This document shows, one piece after another, positions 9,676 to 20,466 of a DNA stretch of 64,000 bases; positions within the stretch are counted from its first letter, which is position 1, and each line of letters starts with the position of its first letter. Source of the stretch: Wickerhamiella versatilis (Eukaryota); the NCBI GenBank assembly GCA_030867685.1, contig JAQOWU010000003.1, positions 310,001 through 374,000 of the forward strand. Reading direction: 5' to 3'. A program made the translations under genes and the position numbers. The notes beneath the pieces are model-generated. The model searched no databases. It had not been told where the DNA came from and saw nothing but the letters and a program-made list of their open reading frames with translations.

Positions 9676-11607
9676 ATGGTGATCGCCATGCGTTTTATAA
9701 CATTTCCAGCAGCCTTAGGATTAGCACTAGCGGGTTCTTCATCCATCAGGCCGTCCGCTGCGAATTGGTCGATTCCCGCGACTCCTACCTTCCAAAGTCA
9801 TAATACCACGGTGTTAACCCTTACGAGCACATCGGAAACAGTCTCGACTTTCACTTCATGGTCTTCTGAGACGCCATCTGAGTTGGTAATTACCGAAACC
9901 AGTTGGTCCCCAGGCCATCCCGTCGCCTACACGTCGATAGAATCCATTCCTGGATCAGTTTATCCCGTAGAGAGCGTGGAAACGTTTTCGAGCAGCGGGT
10001 CTGAGACGCCAGCTGCCACGACTTCCAGTGAAGGTTCAGGTAGTAACTCCGGTAATGGATCTGGCTCTGGCTCGGGTTCTGGGTCCAGCTCCGGCTCTGG
10101 CTCTGGTAGTGGATCCGGCTCTGGCTCGGGTTCTGGGTCCAGCTCTGGATCCGGCTCTGGCTCTGGCTCTGAGTCTGGATCCGGCTCTGGAAGTGGTTCG
10201 GGTAATGGCGGTACTGGCTCTGGTCAGGGTGGATCTGGCTCTGGCTCTGGCTCGGGTTCTGGTGAAGGTGGTTATGGAGGACAAAATAATAATGGAGGCG
10301 AAGTCGCGACTACCATAGAGTGGGAGTCTGCTCAGCCAACAGAATCACTGGTCACAGGTCATAGCTGGGCCTCTGGAAGCGAAGTAGTGTCAAAATTGAC
10401 GCTCACGATTCACTCTTCCGATGGTCCCATCTATCCCATAATTGGATCATCCACTTTGTTTCTACCAGCCACGACTACGATCACAATTGGGGAAGATTTA
10501 CGCCCAACTGGTACGGCATCTGCAACAAGTACAAGTACAAGCTCGTCACTCCCAACTGCGCACTCCAATAATGGGACCAGGTCCAGTTCAGCGCCCCGGA
10601 TATCTTCCCCACCATCGGCCTCCGCATCGTCATCTGCGCCTGCGTCGTCGACCCGTCCACCCGTTAGCTCGTGTGTCCCATTCCCATATGTTGGCCCTGG
10701 AATGAACGTAACAGAATTTAGACTTGAACAGGCACAGTGGACGATCGACCAAGAGCAAACCTCGCGAATAGATATTGAATACTATGCTGACTGTGAACCT
10801 CTCTACAGGACTGGTCAAATTATGGATGACCTTGACATAAATCTACCGAACAAGGCCAAGAAGTTCCCTGTAGACGGATACGTGAATGGCGAAGCAGTCT
10901 GGTTCACAGAAACACCCAACCGTACTAGAAGCGACCCAGTTATTCTGTATCTCCACGGAGGTGGTTATATGTGGGGATTGCTGCCAAACCAAATAGATAC
11001 CTTGAGAGAACTGAATGAACGAATCGACAACCCTCGTCTATCCTGGTTGATTGTTGATTACACGCTGACGAACAAGGAAAAGTTCCCTCAGCAATTCAAG
11101 GAAACCGTTAACACCTTCAACGAGTTGCTTAAAACGTCGGATAATATCATAATTTTCGCCGACTCGAACGGCTGTCACCTGGCCTTGCTCCTCTTGTGGC
11201 AAATGCACCACGCACTGAACTATGAGATTGCCCCAATTCCTAAGAATAATGCAACTAGGGCGATTGCTCTTGCTTCCCCATGGACAGACTACACTGGTTA
11301 CGAACTTGTACTATGGGTATACGCAGCGGGAATAGATATCTTTAGCCAAAACTGGCAATTCCCAACCTATAACATGGCTCAGCATTCGGACCCAGCCTGG
11401 AGTGAAATTTTCCCTAAAGAGGTGTTACTTGGGTACGGCCAGGATGATAGTGTGGTCAATACATCTCAATCTATCATCAATATGGCGGGGTTGAGACCTG
11501 ACCAGTATTACGTGGAGCCAAATGGACAACATGATGAAATGGTTGTCAAGGGCAATGAGACAGTTATTGAAAAATTCGCAACGTTCTTGTCGAAGGTGGC
11601 TGCTTAG
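9676..11607 (+). CDS. Secreted alpha/beta-hydrolase (Say1/HSL-like esterase) with Ser/Thr- and Gly-Ser-rich N-terminal half
   Basis: Signal peptide, ~300 aa low-complexity stalk, then [23 protein letters not shown] nucleophile elbow, ASPW, GQHD. Confidence 0.85.
   Translation: MVIAMRFITFPAALGLALAGSSSIRPSAANWSIPATPTFQSHNTTVLTLTSTSETVSTFTSWSSETPSELVITETSWSPGHPVAYTSIESIPGSVYPVESVETFSSSGSETPAATTSSEGSGSNSGNGSGSGSGSGSSSGSGSGSGSGSGSGSGSSSGSGSGSGSESGSGSGSGSGNGGTGSGQGGSGSGSGSGSGEGGYGGQNNNGGEVATTIEWESAQPTESLVTGHSWASGSEVVSKLTLTIHSSDGPIYPIIGSSTLFLPATTTITIGEDLRPTGTASATSTSTSSSLPTAHSNNGTRSSSAPRISSPPSASASSSAPASSTRPPVSSCVPFPYVGPGMNVTEFRLEQAQWTIDQEQTSRIDIEYYADCEPLYRTGQIMDDLDINLPNKAKKFPVDGYVNGEAVWFTETPNRTRSDPVILYLHGGGYMWGLLPNQIDTLRELNERIDNPRLSWLIVDYTLTNKEKFPQQFKETVNTFNELLKTSDNIIIFADSNGCHLALLLLWQMHHALNYEIAPIPKNNATRAIALASPWTDYTGYELVLWVYAAGIDIFSQNWQFPTYNMAQHSDPAWSEIFPKEVLLGYGQDDSVVNTSQSIINMAGLRPDQYYVEPNGQHDEMVVKGNETVIEKFATFLSKVAA
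10033..10265 (+). repeat. Coding Gly-Ser repeat (GGCTCT units) with a 54-bp higher-order duplication
   Basis: GGATC(T/C)GGCTCTGGCTCGGGTTCTGGGTCCAGCTC recurs at 10057 and 10111. Confidence 0.9.
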
Positions 11608-12469
11608 TCTGCAGCTTCTGAAAAATATCTATCATCATATTGATTGCCTGAATTTCTAAGAAACAATATGGAAAGTTAGTTCGATGCTACCTTAGTTCAC
11701 CGATGCACCTGATGATGAGTCATTCAATGTTTTTCTTAGATGGTGCAAGATGCCCCTTTAAACGACTAAACATTATTCTTTACCTGTAATTTTTTTAATA
11801 TAATGCTTTCAGCTTCTTATGATATATTTTAGTACAAGAATCTAGTTCCACTCCGCATCTGATAATATGAGTGTTGATTAAACATTGTACTTAGAGTGTC
11901 TTTTATTAACATCATTAGTATCACAATACCATGATGAAAAAAGTCATGCTACGCCTATGATTATATTTATCATGAGTTAAGAGGAATTAACTCTAAAAAC
12001 TTTCTCAGTCGCCTAGAAACAACTCACCAGTGTTGGCTAGGCACTTAATAGGCAGACTGCACCAAGGATCCGAGCATATGCAGCAGTTGACAACTTGTTG
12101 TTATGCGTGTGGGAAAAGACGCTGATGATGTTGCGCGATCGCCTCTTTCCTATTCAGAGACTTGGGCCACCCACGTACATACGCGTACGTAGCGCATGGC
12201 CGCCCGACACCAATACCTTCCAATCAAGGATACAAGCTATTGCAGCGCCCTGCACGAAGATATCGTCTTATGTTCACTTTTCATCGGTACATGGTGTGCA
12301 GCAGAGTCCTATTAGTGCCGAAACGTCGTGAAGGCTATGAGACAAGTGCCAACTTCGAGCGTCTGCTCCTGATGTAGCGCAAAATTGCTAGAATTTACTA
12401 CGAATGATACAAATAGTATAGTTTTGAATGGGAATCATGGTTCATTCGTCTAGCTGGGTAGCTGGTTGA

Positions 12470-12505
12470 GGTCAGTCGAGGCCAGTCGAGGCCAATCGAG
12501 GCCAG
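12470..12505. repeat. Short 10-bp tandem repeat (GGCCAGTCGA-like, about 3.5 copies)
   Basis: ggtcagtcga ggccagtcga ggccaatcga ggccag. Confidence 0.7.
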
Positions 12506-12637
12506 GCCAGGATTGGCACTGTCCTTAGGTCCAAGCATAGGAAAGCACTATATAGCATGTCGGCATTCTACCAATGAATACTTTTATCTATATTATTCTT
12601 AGAGACAAATTCATTGCAGCAGCTCTATTATAGTGGT

Positions 12638-12949
12638 TTACTGACCTTCAAACACTTTCCCAAAATGGTACGCCAGTAGCAGACCGCATGAAAAAGATCC
12701 ACTAACTACGGCAATCATGTGCTCTAGATTATGAAGGGAGAAGTTCCCTATTATGACTAGGAGGCAGTATGCAAGCACGAGGTTTCCATAACCCCACAAA
12801 AAATTAAGGACTGGTGAGGAGAGTCCCACACCTCTTGGGGAGGAGAAAGGCGATGGAAATGGGCGACCTGTCAGTCCCGACGTGAGATGAGGAATGGAAT
12901 TTATCAGGCAAACACCACCAAATGCGTGAGCTACGGTATACAAAGACAT
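12638..12949 (-). CDS. Small 3-TM membrane protein resembling a conserved bacterial hypothetical family
   Basis: 103 aa from ATG 12949; FGGVCLINSIPHLTSGLTGRPFPSPFSSPRGVGLSSPVLNFLWGYGNL...HFG matches a recalled bacterial pattern N.(V/I)PH..G..G.PF.SPFA.P.G.GLSS..N.LWG..N. Confidence 0.7.
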   Translation of the reverse strand: MSLYTVAHAFGGVCLINSIPHLTSGLTGRPFPSPFSSPRGVGLSSPVLNFLWGYGNLVLAYCLLVIIGNFSLHNLEHMIAVVSGSFSCGLLLAYHFGKVFEGQ

Positions 12950-13751
12950 TATTAATAACGTTAAGTACACCGGAGCGTGGTGTCGTAAGATTTATCGTAG
13001 TAGCGGAGGCAGGTGGCAACAATAAACCCATTAAATTTGATGTTATAAAGAAATAAGATAGACAGGTATGTAATCACAACAAATAAAGCCAAAAATGCTT
13101 GGAATGTGTTTCAAGGCCGCATCAGCAACTACTAGAACGGAGCTGGTTGGCATGTACTGAGATTGTGGTAAAGCTCGATCCACCTACAGATGTGTTCGAC
13201 GAATATGTCTGAGACGCTTAGCTTATCGTTGCGGAGCTCACTATGAACAGTCATGCTACCGCCAATTTCATTATCAGCCACAAGGAAATGGGCAATTCCA
13301 TACCCAGGGCAACAAAAGGCCTCATTCTATATTGCATGCCCTCGTTTTGTGGTCTACACATGGCAGCTGTATAAATGACAGTGATGGTGGGCCATTGAAG
13401 TGCATAGCATCCTAAGACTTCTGGTATATGACATTTGCCTCGGATCTATCTTGGCCCCTACTTGTATACTTGTAGTACAGACTATTTTATAGAACCGAGG
13501 CTGTAGGCCGAATTGAGGAACCTCCAAGTTCTTCAAATCGAGCCAATATTTTTAAGAGGTGAGCGGTGTAATCCGAAAACTCGATCTTGGTGGGGTGTGA
13601 GTACGCTATCACAGAGATTGTCGTGCTTGTGGTTAGATCGTACAATGCATATCTTTTTTATATTTCTAACTAAAAAAACAATTAACTTAGCGATGTAACA
13701 GTAAGTGGATAGAGAATTGAAGGACGGACCCGCGCCAGAAGTCACTTTACT

Positions 13752-15516
13752 TCATTTCTTTGATCTGCGATTCTTGAACCACAGATAAACGGGATCCGTC
13801 TTGAATGCCCACTCATGCGAATCAAAGATTAATGCCATTTCTTCCAGGGACTTACCATGAGTTTCCGGGAAGCAAATAAAGATATGAATCATAGAAACGA
13901 ATCCGAAAACGGCGAAAATCACATACATCTTCCAGGTGATGTTAATGAATCCTGGCGGCGTTGCGAGACTGATGGCAAAATTAAACAGCCAATTCGATGC
14001 ACTGCCCCAACCGTTTCCCAGTGATCGCTGACTTGGAGGGAAAATTTCCGACAAATAGGTCCAGGGAATAGGTCCAGGGAATAGGTGCCCATGAAATACC
14101 ATAAACTCCGAAGAAGATCATCGTGAACGCAATTGCTGCCTTACTTCCGGCCTTACCTCTCTGGCTATCCTGAGGCATCTGGATACGAACCGTGGGATCC
14201 GACGCCACGCCATGCGGAGCGGGCTCGCCAACTGCACCCAATATCGCTGCAAGAATAATCATGCAGGACATCATACCAAATGAACCAAGAAGGAATGTCC
14301 ACCGCCTTGACCAGCGATCCAGCCAAAATACCGTTGGCAGCGTCATGCCGATAAATATTGCGTAAATTAAGACTGAAAACCGGAAAACATCGTCATGACG
14401 GCCGCTCATATCAAATAGCGAAGTGGTGTAGAAAAGAACGATTCCTGAACCCAATAGTTGCTGGTAGGCTTGTGCAGACAACGCACTGAACGTGCGGCCA
14501 AAACTAACGCCTTTCCACATTGCAAGCACACTAGTCTTCTCCGAAGACTCCTTAATGATCGTCTGCTTGTACTCCAGCAGCTCTGTTTGAACCCGCTGCG
14601 ACTCCATATCCTGGCCACGCAGGAAGACCAAAATTTCCTGAGCCCTGTCCCAGTATCCAATTGTACCCAGCCATCTGGGAGATTCTGGTAGCATCAACGA
14701 ACCAATCCACATGATTCCACCTGGAATCATCTCAAGGCCCCACGCTAGCCTCATTCCTGTCCAATGGTTGCCATTCTGAATCTTGGAGCAACCGTACGCG
14801 ATAACATACATGACCAGCATGCCAATGTCGACCGCCAATTGGAAGCATGCAGTGAGACGACCCCGAATTTCACTGGGACTCAATTCTGCAAGATAAAGGG
14901 GTACATTAGATGAAGCAATACCGACACTGGCACCCATAATCAACCGGCCCCATACCAGCGAGGCCCGGTTGATGCAGGAGCACTGGATGGCACAACCTAC
15001 AAGCCAGGTTAGACCACAGACTTGCATCATAATATTACGACCGAGCAAGCCAGCAATACCACTGGAAATCATTGAGCCAATAAAGGCGCCGCCTGGCATG
15101 GCACTGGAAATACCACCCTGGTCGACCGCATTCACTGTCTTGCCGTCAGGACCATCGTAACCGAATGCTGCATTATAGTCGTCATTACCTATAAATGGAG
15201 ACATGTTTGTGCACGCAAAGCCAAATAATAGCCCACCCATTGTGGATATTGCTGCAATAATATAGGGGTTTCGAATTTTCCAAGGGCAGGAAACGAACCG
15301 GAATGGGCTGTAATCATAAAGTCGTGAATCTTTTGGCTTTGGAAGCTGACTGTCAATGTTGGATTGGAGTTTGAAGTCGAGCTCCTTTGGATGGGCCTCG
15401 TGCACAGACATAACTGACGCTGTGGGGGTCCTCACAATCTCGTCATCGTTAGTCGAGACAGTAGATGATCTCTCCATCCCCGCACTGCCGGGGAGATAAT
15501 CCTCTTTCTCTTTCAT
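13752..15516 (-). pseudogene. HGT1-like sugar porter (MFS), frameshifted by a 13-bp tandem duplication; 583 aa if repaired
   Basis: ORF 13981..15516 has sugar-porter motifs (GGLLFGF, LAELSP..IRG, PESPRWL, QQLLG, DRWSRR). ORF 13752..14102 carries the C-terminus (YLSEIFP, NWLFNF, PETHGKSLEEM). Removing one AATAGGTCCAGGG copy gives continuous GISWAPIPWTYLSEIFP. Confidence 0.9.
14054..14086. repeat. 13-bp tandem duplication causing the frameshift
   Basis: AATAGGTCCAGGG at 14054-14066 and 14067-14079, followed by AATAGGT at 14080-14086. Confidence 0.95.
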
Positions 15517-16264
15517 TATCGTGTTTTATCAATCAACAATTAGGTGAGTTCCTGAGCCAAAATCACAATTTATGTCATTTGTGGGTGGTAATCCGCGGGT
15601 ACGAGATAGGTTAGGGTTATACTGCCTTGTCGTTCGTTCGCTGGTACTTAACAAACATGCTCTGATTTACCCAGTTATGATACGAATATTCTTGTAGTGA
15701 AAGAATGTTGAAGTTGCCAGCGTATTTTCCCGAGTCGGAATATTGCCGTGCATGCCCTTAAAATTACTAAGCCAAGCTCATGCATTATAAGATTTGAGTT
15801 TACTATCACATACATTTTGCCTTGATTGAGTTAAAAAAGTTCCGTAAAAATAACCAAATAAAACCAATAAGCAACCATATAAACTTACGCAGTCTTCGAA
15901 ATTTCTCTTACAGCGAGAATCTAAGCTTCGTAGGCAGCCTCTCGTCCAGCGCCGTGCGCTCGGCTGACTAACAACACCTCCGATATCTATACGAGCATCG
16001 TCGTTTTGTGGAGTGGTAGGTGGGGTAAATGCAGAGATATGTGGTAGAGGGTTTTGGATAGTTCGTGATTTAGAAGTTGTTTAAGTGAAACTAAGCCCAG
16101 AAATAAGTCTTCACTAGTAACAATAACGTCAAATATTTCAGTGCCTAAAGCCTGGAGACCGGAAGATGCTAACCCCCTAGTAAAGCTTGGATATATATTA
16201 CAGTTGCCAATAGTGATATAGCATTTTATTTGAGAGCAGAAAAAATTATAGCGCTACTACTAGC

Positions 16265-17716
16265 CTAGGACTTAAAGTAATTAGATTTTGCTTTGAGGTA
16301 ATTCTGGAATACGTCCTTCACAGTACTAGGGGCCAATTCACGGTCTGTTGGCAAATCCCATTTTGGAAGGTGTCCCAACAGGATCCAAGCAGCTTGAACG
16401 GCACCGCCTCTGGCAACATACTCACCTGGAGTGGGGACAACAATGGGTGCTTCCTCGAAAACCTTGGCAGCACACTCCTGGATTGCGGGACTTGCAGCAG
16501 CACCACCAATTAATAGAATCCGCTTAATCTGTGTTCCAGGCAACTCGCGGCGGATGGCCTCTAGACCATCTGCCATGGAGCATACAACACCCTCGATAAA
16601 TGCCCGTGCTATATTGGGGCGAGTTGCATTATATAGGTCAATGTTCTGCAGTGATCCTTTTGCGTAAGGTAGATTCGGAGTACGCTCACCCTGGAAGTAT
16701 GGGATCAGCACCAGTCCACCAGCGCCGGGCTGGGCCTCCCTGAAAAGCTTGTCAAGCCCATCGAAGTCAACATCGAGAATTCTGCATGCTGCATCAATGC
16801 ACCGTGCTGCGTTAAGGGTACAAATTAAAGGCAGTTGTTGCCCAGTACAGTCACAGAATCCGCATACGGTTCCAGTGGGATCCGCTACATGTTGTGGTGA
16901 TGGCGTGAATACTGTACCACTTGTCCCAATAGATATAATAACATCACCTGCATGGGCTTGTAGCCCAATTGCACCTCCTGCATTGTCACCAGCACCGGGT
17001 CCCACGAGGATTCCTGCTGGAGTTACACCGGCTTTTTCGTCCCATCTGAGCACACGGGGTAGCGTTATCTCACCTATGTCATTCGACCCGGCCTCTCGAG
17101 CTGTCTTTCCGAATGCGAACTTGAACATGTCATAATCGTACTTATCTGTAACACTGGACCAGTACGCAGTCCCGGATGCCTCACTGCGATCGGTCGTTAA
17201 TGCTTCAAAGTCCGGACCACGCGGGCTTGTGGCAGCCGGACCGTATCCCAGAATCCTCCAGGTCAAATAGTCGTGGGGCAGGCATACTGCACATACCTCA
17301 GCCGCATTTTCAGGCTCATGGGTCTTGAGCCAACGAAGCTTTGAGGCCGTAAAACTTGTTACGGGTACAATTCCAATTCTCTTAGCATATGTATCTGCAC
17401 CTGCCTCTTGCACGAGGTCTCGGGCTGCCTCTGCGCTTTTTGTGTCATTCCACAGAAGGGCCGGACGGACGACGTTACCCTCTTTATTTAGAGCCACCAT
17501 GCCATGTTGTTGACCACCAACGCTTATTGCCTTGACATCATGAAGTCCACCTGCATTTTCTACAGCGGTTTGGAATGCCTTCCACCATACCTCAGGCGGA
17601 CATTCAGTACCTTCGGGATGTTGACACTTGCCGAACCTTACCAGCTTTCCAGTTTCTGCATCAACTATGAGCACCTTGCATGCTTGTGTAGAGGTATCAA
17701 CTCCTGCTACCAGCAT
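16265..17716 (-). CDS. xylB: Xylulokinase, bacterial XylB type (FGGY family)
   Basis: LVAGVDTSTQACK, ISVGGQQHGMV, RPALLWNDT, SFTASKLRWL..HEPENAA, LPHDYLTWR, TDRSEASGT, GAGDNA, SIGTSG, PYFQGERTPNLP. This is bacterial XylB architecture, unlike fungal Xks1. Confidence 0.9.
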   Translation of the reverse strand: MLVAGVDTSTQACKVLIVDAETGKLVRFGKCQHPEGTECPPEVWWKAFQTAVENAGGLHDVKAISVGGQQHGMVALNKEGNVVRPALLWNDTKSAEAARDLVQEAGADTYAKRIGIVPVTSFTASKLRWLKTHEPENAAEVCAVCLPHDYLTWRILGYGPAATSPRGPDFEALTTDRSEASGTAYWSSVTDKYDYDMFKFAFGKTAREAGSNDIGEITLPRVLRWDEKAGVTPAGILVGPGAGDNAGGAIGLQAHAGDVIISIGTSGTVFTPSPQHVADPTGTVCGFCDCTGQQLPLICTLNAARCIDAACRILDVDFDGLDKLFREAQPGAGGLVLIPYFQGERTPNLPYAKGSLQNIDLYNATRPNIARAFIEGVVCSMADGLEAIRRELPGTQIKRILLIGGAAASPAIQECAAKVFEEAPIVVPTPGEYVARGGAVQAAWILLGHLPKWDLPTDRELAPSTVKDVFQNYLKAKSNYFKS

Positions 17717-18695
17717 TATCGTATATTTCTTGAGATTACTTCATGTGGAAAAACTCCACGCTATTTAAAATGCACTCGAATGATATGGATTGAGTAATCA
17801 CATACATATTGGACGTAGTATTCCCCATATTTACGAGGAGTTCAGGCATCCTGTACCATCTAATTTTTGTTAGCAATGGCATTAATATTTATTTTCCAGT
17901 AGTATTTACCCTGATGGTTTTGCCGTAGATCCGCCATTTCCAGGTGGTTCGTTTCGCTCGGTTCATAGGTCATCAGTGAAATTCTATAAAGACTATTGCG
18001 GCACTTTAAGGCGGGAGTTTCAAAGTGGAAAAAAAATTAATACTCTCCAAAAATATCTGGAATGCTACGGACATACCAATAGCTAGTTAAATGGCCAGCG
18101 CCCCAGTCTTTGGGGGAGACGTGCCGTGTCCATGATTACTAACATCGCGCCGATTTCTAGTGATAAAGTAGGGTTTTAAATAGTAGTCGAAATGAGATTA
18201 GGCTCGATGGAGAAGTATAGTATTATAGGTAATAAATGTACGCGTCAGAGTTTGGACTTAGTATGTGATCTGCAGAAACGGCTATCTGCACTAGGCAATA
18301 GGCACGCATTCCGACCCCGGGGAATTCGCATGCGGGGTTTTAGTCAGTCTGGGTACCGGGAGCGCATGCTCATCAGGGGACCGGGATGCCGCCGAGTATA
18401 GTAGGGTTTTCTCGGGCCCGCGTGCATACACCTAAGCTAGCATCTTGGCTACTCAGTTGAGGGTGTTCCAATAATAATATAGCCTTATGCTAGAAATGCA
18501 TATAATCAAGACATACCACGAATCTATCCACAATATCCGGGGTACCTAGATTCTCCACAATTATTTACCCTACCCCGCAATATTGTTTTTACGAGATATT
18601 CCACTACCCGGATAAACAGGAACACCTAAAGCTTCTAATTACCCTGATATATAAGGTGGGAGATTCGGCTTAGCAAAGACTCCAGCGAACATAAG

Positions 18696-19766
18696 ATGAC
18701 AGTGACAACAGCAGAAAATATCGGCGTTCAGACGAACCCAGCTAATGATTTGTGGGTGGGACCAGTCCCAGCCCCCGGCACGCCAAAGCCCGATGAGGTT
18801 ACGGTACACGTTAGAGCCTGTGGTATCTGCGGATCCGACGTTCATTTCTGGAAGGAGGGTCGTATTGGACCCATGGTCGTCCAAGGAGAGCAAGTTCTTG
18901 GCCACGAGGCAAGTGGCGAGGTTGTAGAGGTCGGCAGTAACGTCAAAGATCTCAAACCCGGTGACAGGGTGGCATTTGAGCCTGGTGAGGCATGCATGGC
19001 CTGTGAGACCTGTAAGAGCGGTGCCTACAACGGTTGTGACAAGGTTTTGTTCAAGTCCACGCCACCCGTGCCTGGTGAGCTGCGCAGGTTCATGAACCAT
19101 CCCGCCAGCCTCTGCTACAAGCTTGGTGATCTCTCGTATGCAGAGGGTGCATTGCTGGAGCCCTTGAGTGTTGCCATTGCCGGTGCGGACCTTTCAGGCC
19201 TTAAATTTGGCGACTCTGTGTTTGTTGCCGGTGCCGGCCCCATTGGTATTCTTTCTGCCCTACTTTCGGTGGCTGCTGGTGCGACCGCTGTTGTAATTAG
19301 TGATCTCAATGAAAAGAGACTGGACTTCGTGAGAAAGCTTAACCCTAAAATCAAGACTCTTACGATTCAAAAGGGCTGGGATTCCCAGCGTGTGGCTGAC
19401 GAGGCCAAGAAGTTAGCAGGTGGTTTGAGGTTCAAGAGGACCCTGGAGTGCACGGGTATTGAATCCTCGGTTGCTGCAGGAATCCTCGCTTTGGACTTCC
19501 GTGGAACGATCCAGTTGCTTGGTGTGGGTAAAGACGAGATCAAGATCCCATTCATGTACGTCAGCGTAAACGAGATAACAATTCGTGGACTTTACCGTTA
19601 CACTAACACCTGGCCAAAGGCCATCCGTATGGTCGAGTCTGGGTTGATTGACTTGAAGCCCTTAATCTCTTACGAGGTACCAATTGAGGAGGGTGATCGT
19701 GCTTTCGAGATTGTGACCGACCCTAGTAAGGGCTCGATTAAGGTTCTGATCGTCGATAGGTCATGA
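18696..19766 (+). CDS. LAD1: L-arabinitol 4-dehydrogenase (Zn-dependent polyol dehydrogenase)
   Basis: NIGVQTNPANDLW LAD-type N-terminus, GICGSDVHFW, IGPM, LGHE, four-Cys structural Zn, GAGPIG, LECTG, YRYTNTWP. Confidence 0.85.
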   Translation: MTVTTAENIGVQTNPANDLWVGPVPAPGTPKPDEVTVHVRACGICGSDVHFWKEGRIGPMVVQGEQVLGHEASGEVVEVGSNVKDLKPGDRVAFEPGEACMACETCKSGAYNGCDKVLFKSTPPVPGELRRFMNHPASLCYKLGDLSYAEGALLEPLSVAIAGADLSGLKFGDSVFVAGAGPIGILSALLSVAAGATAVVISDLNEKRLDFVRKLNPKIKTLTIQKGWDSQRVADEAKKLAGGLRFKRTLECTGIESSVAAGILALDFRGTIQLLGVGKDEIKIPFMYVSVNEITIRGLYRYTNTWPKAIRMVESGLIDLKPLISYEVPIEEGDRAFEIVTDPSKGSIKVLIVDRS

Positions 19767-20466
19767 TTGTCTAATATATGCTGCACTATGAGTAAAAGTA
19801 ATAATGTAGTCGAGATGATAATGTAAATCGCTTTCGGATTGTAAAACTAAAGACATGATCCGACAAGGTGCACTCTGGTTGATGCATCAAAGATCTTACG
19901 CAATATTAAAGCAAAAAATACAGTGGAAAGTGGTGGAATGCACTATCTTGTTGAGTGTTCACTAATCAGCAAAGGCCTAAATAGTCGTCTCAATATTTTA
20001 TCCGTAGAGAAATCCATAGTTTTAGTAGTCCGCCAAAATTGTGGGATACATAAATAACCTTATCCTGTTATTTGCGATGTTTCACAAATATTTGGTGCCG
20101 TGCGTAGACTTATTACGTCGTTATATGCATCATACGTCGGATTCCCCGGATATGTTACTAATACAAGCGGAGTAAGACGAGGGGTACGTGGTGATGGCTT
20201 CCCCACCCGATAGGAGGGACACATCGAGCAGATCTTTAGAAATCTTAAGAAAAAAAGGGGATAAATTGAATAAATATAGGCATATACGAGAAATAACTCT
20301 GGCTCAGTCTAATTTTGTGGCTGACGTATTTATCGCCGGTCAAATGCTGATGCCGGTGCCGTGTGGGGATGATTAAGCCATAATGTAGGTATAAGAGAGG
20401 TACATCTTCTGGGTAGTTTATCGAAATTTGTTTTAAGACAAACCAAAAGAAACAGAAAATTTACAA

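Noticed and set aside
12470-12505. Short tandem repeats here and at 30639-30668 (15-bp duplication) as CRISPR or mobile-element ends
   Set aside because: No spacers, only 2-4 copies, no cas or transposase genes; ordinary slippage repeats in a eukaryote.
14030-14105. An intron explaining the transporter frameshift
   Set aside because: No branch point, and any GT..AG choice would delete the conserved WAPIPW/SEIFP motif; removing one 13-bp copy repairs the frame exactly.
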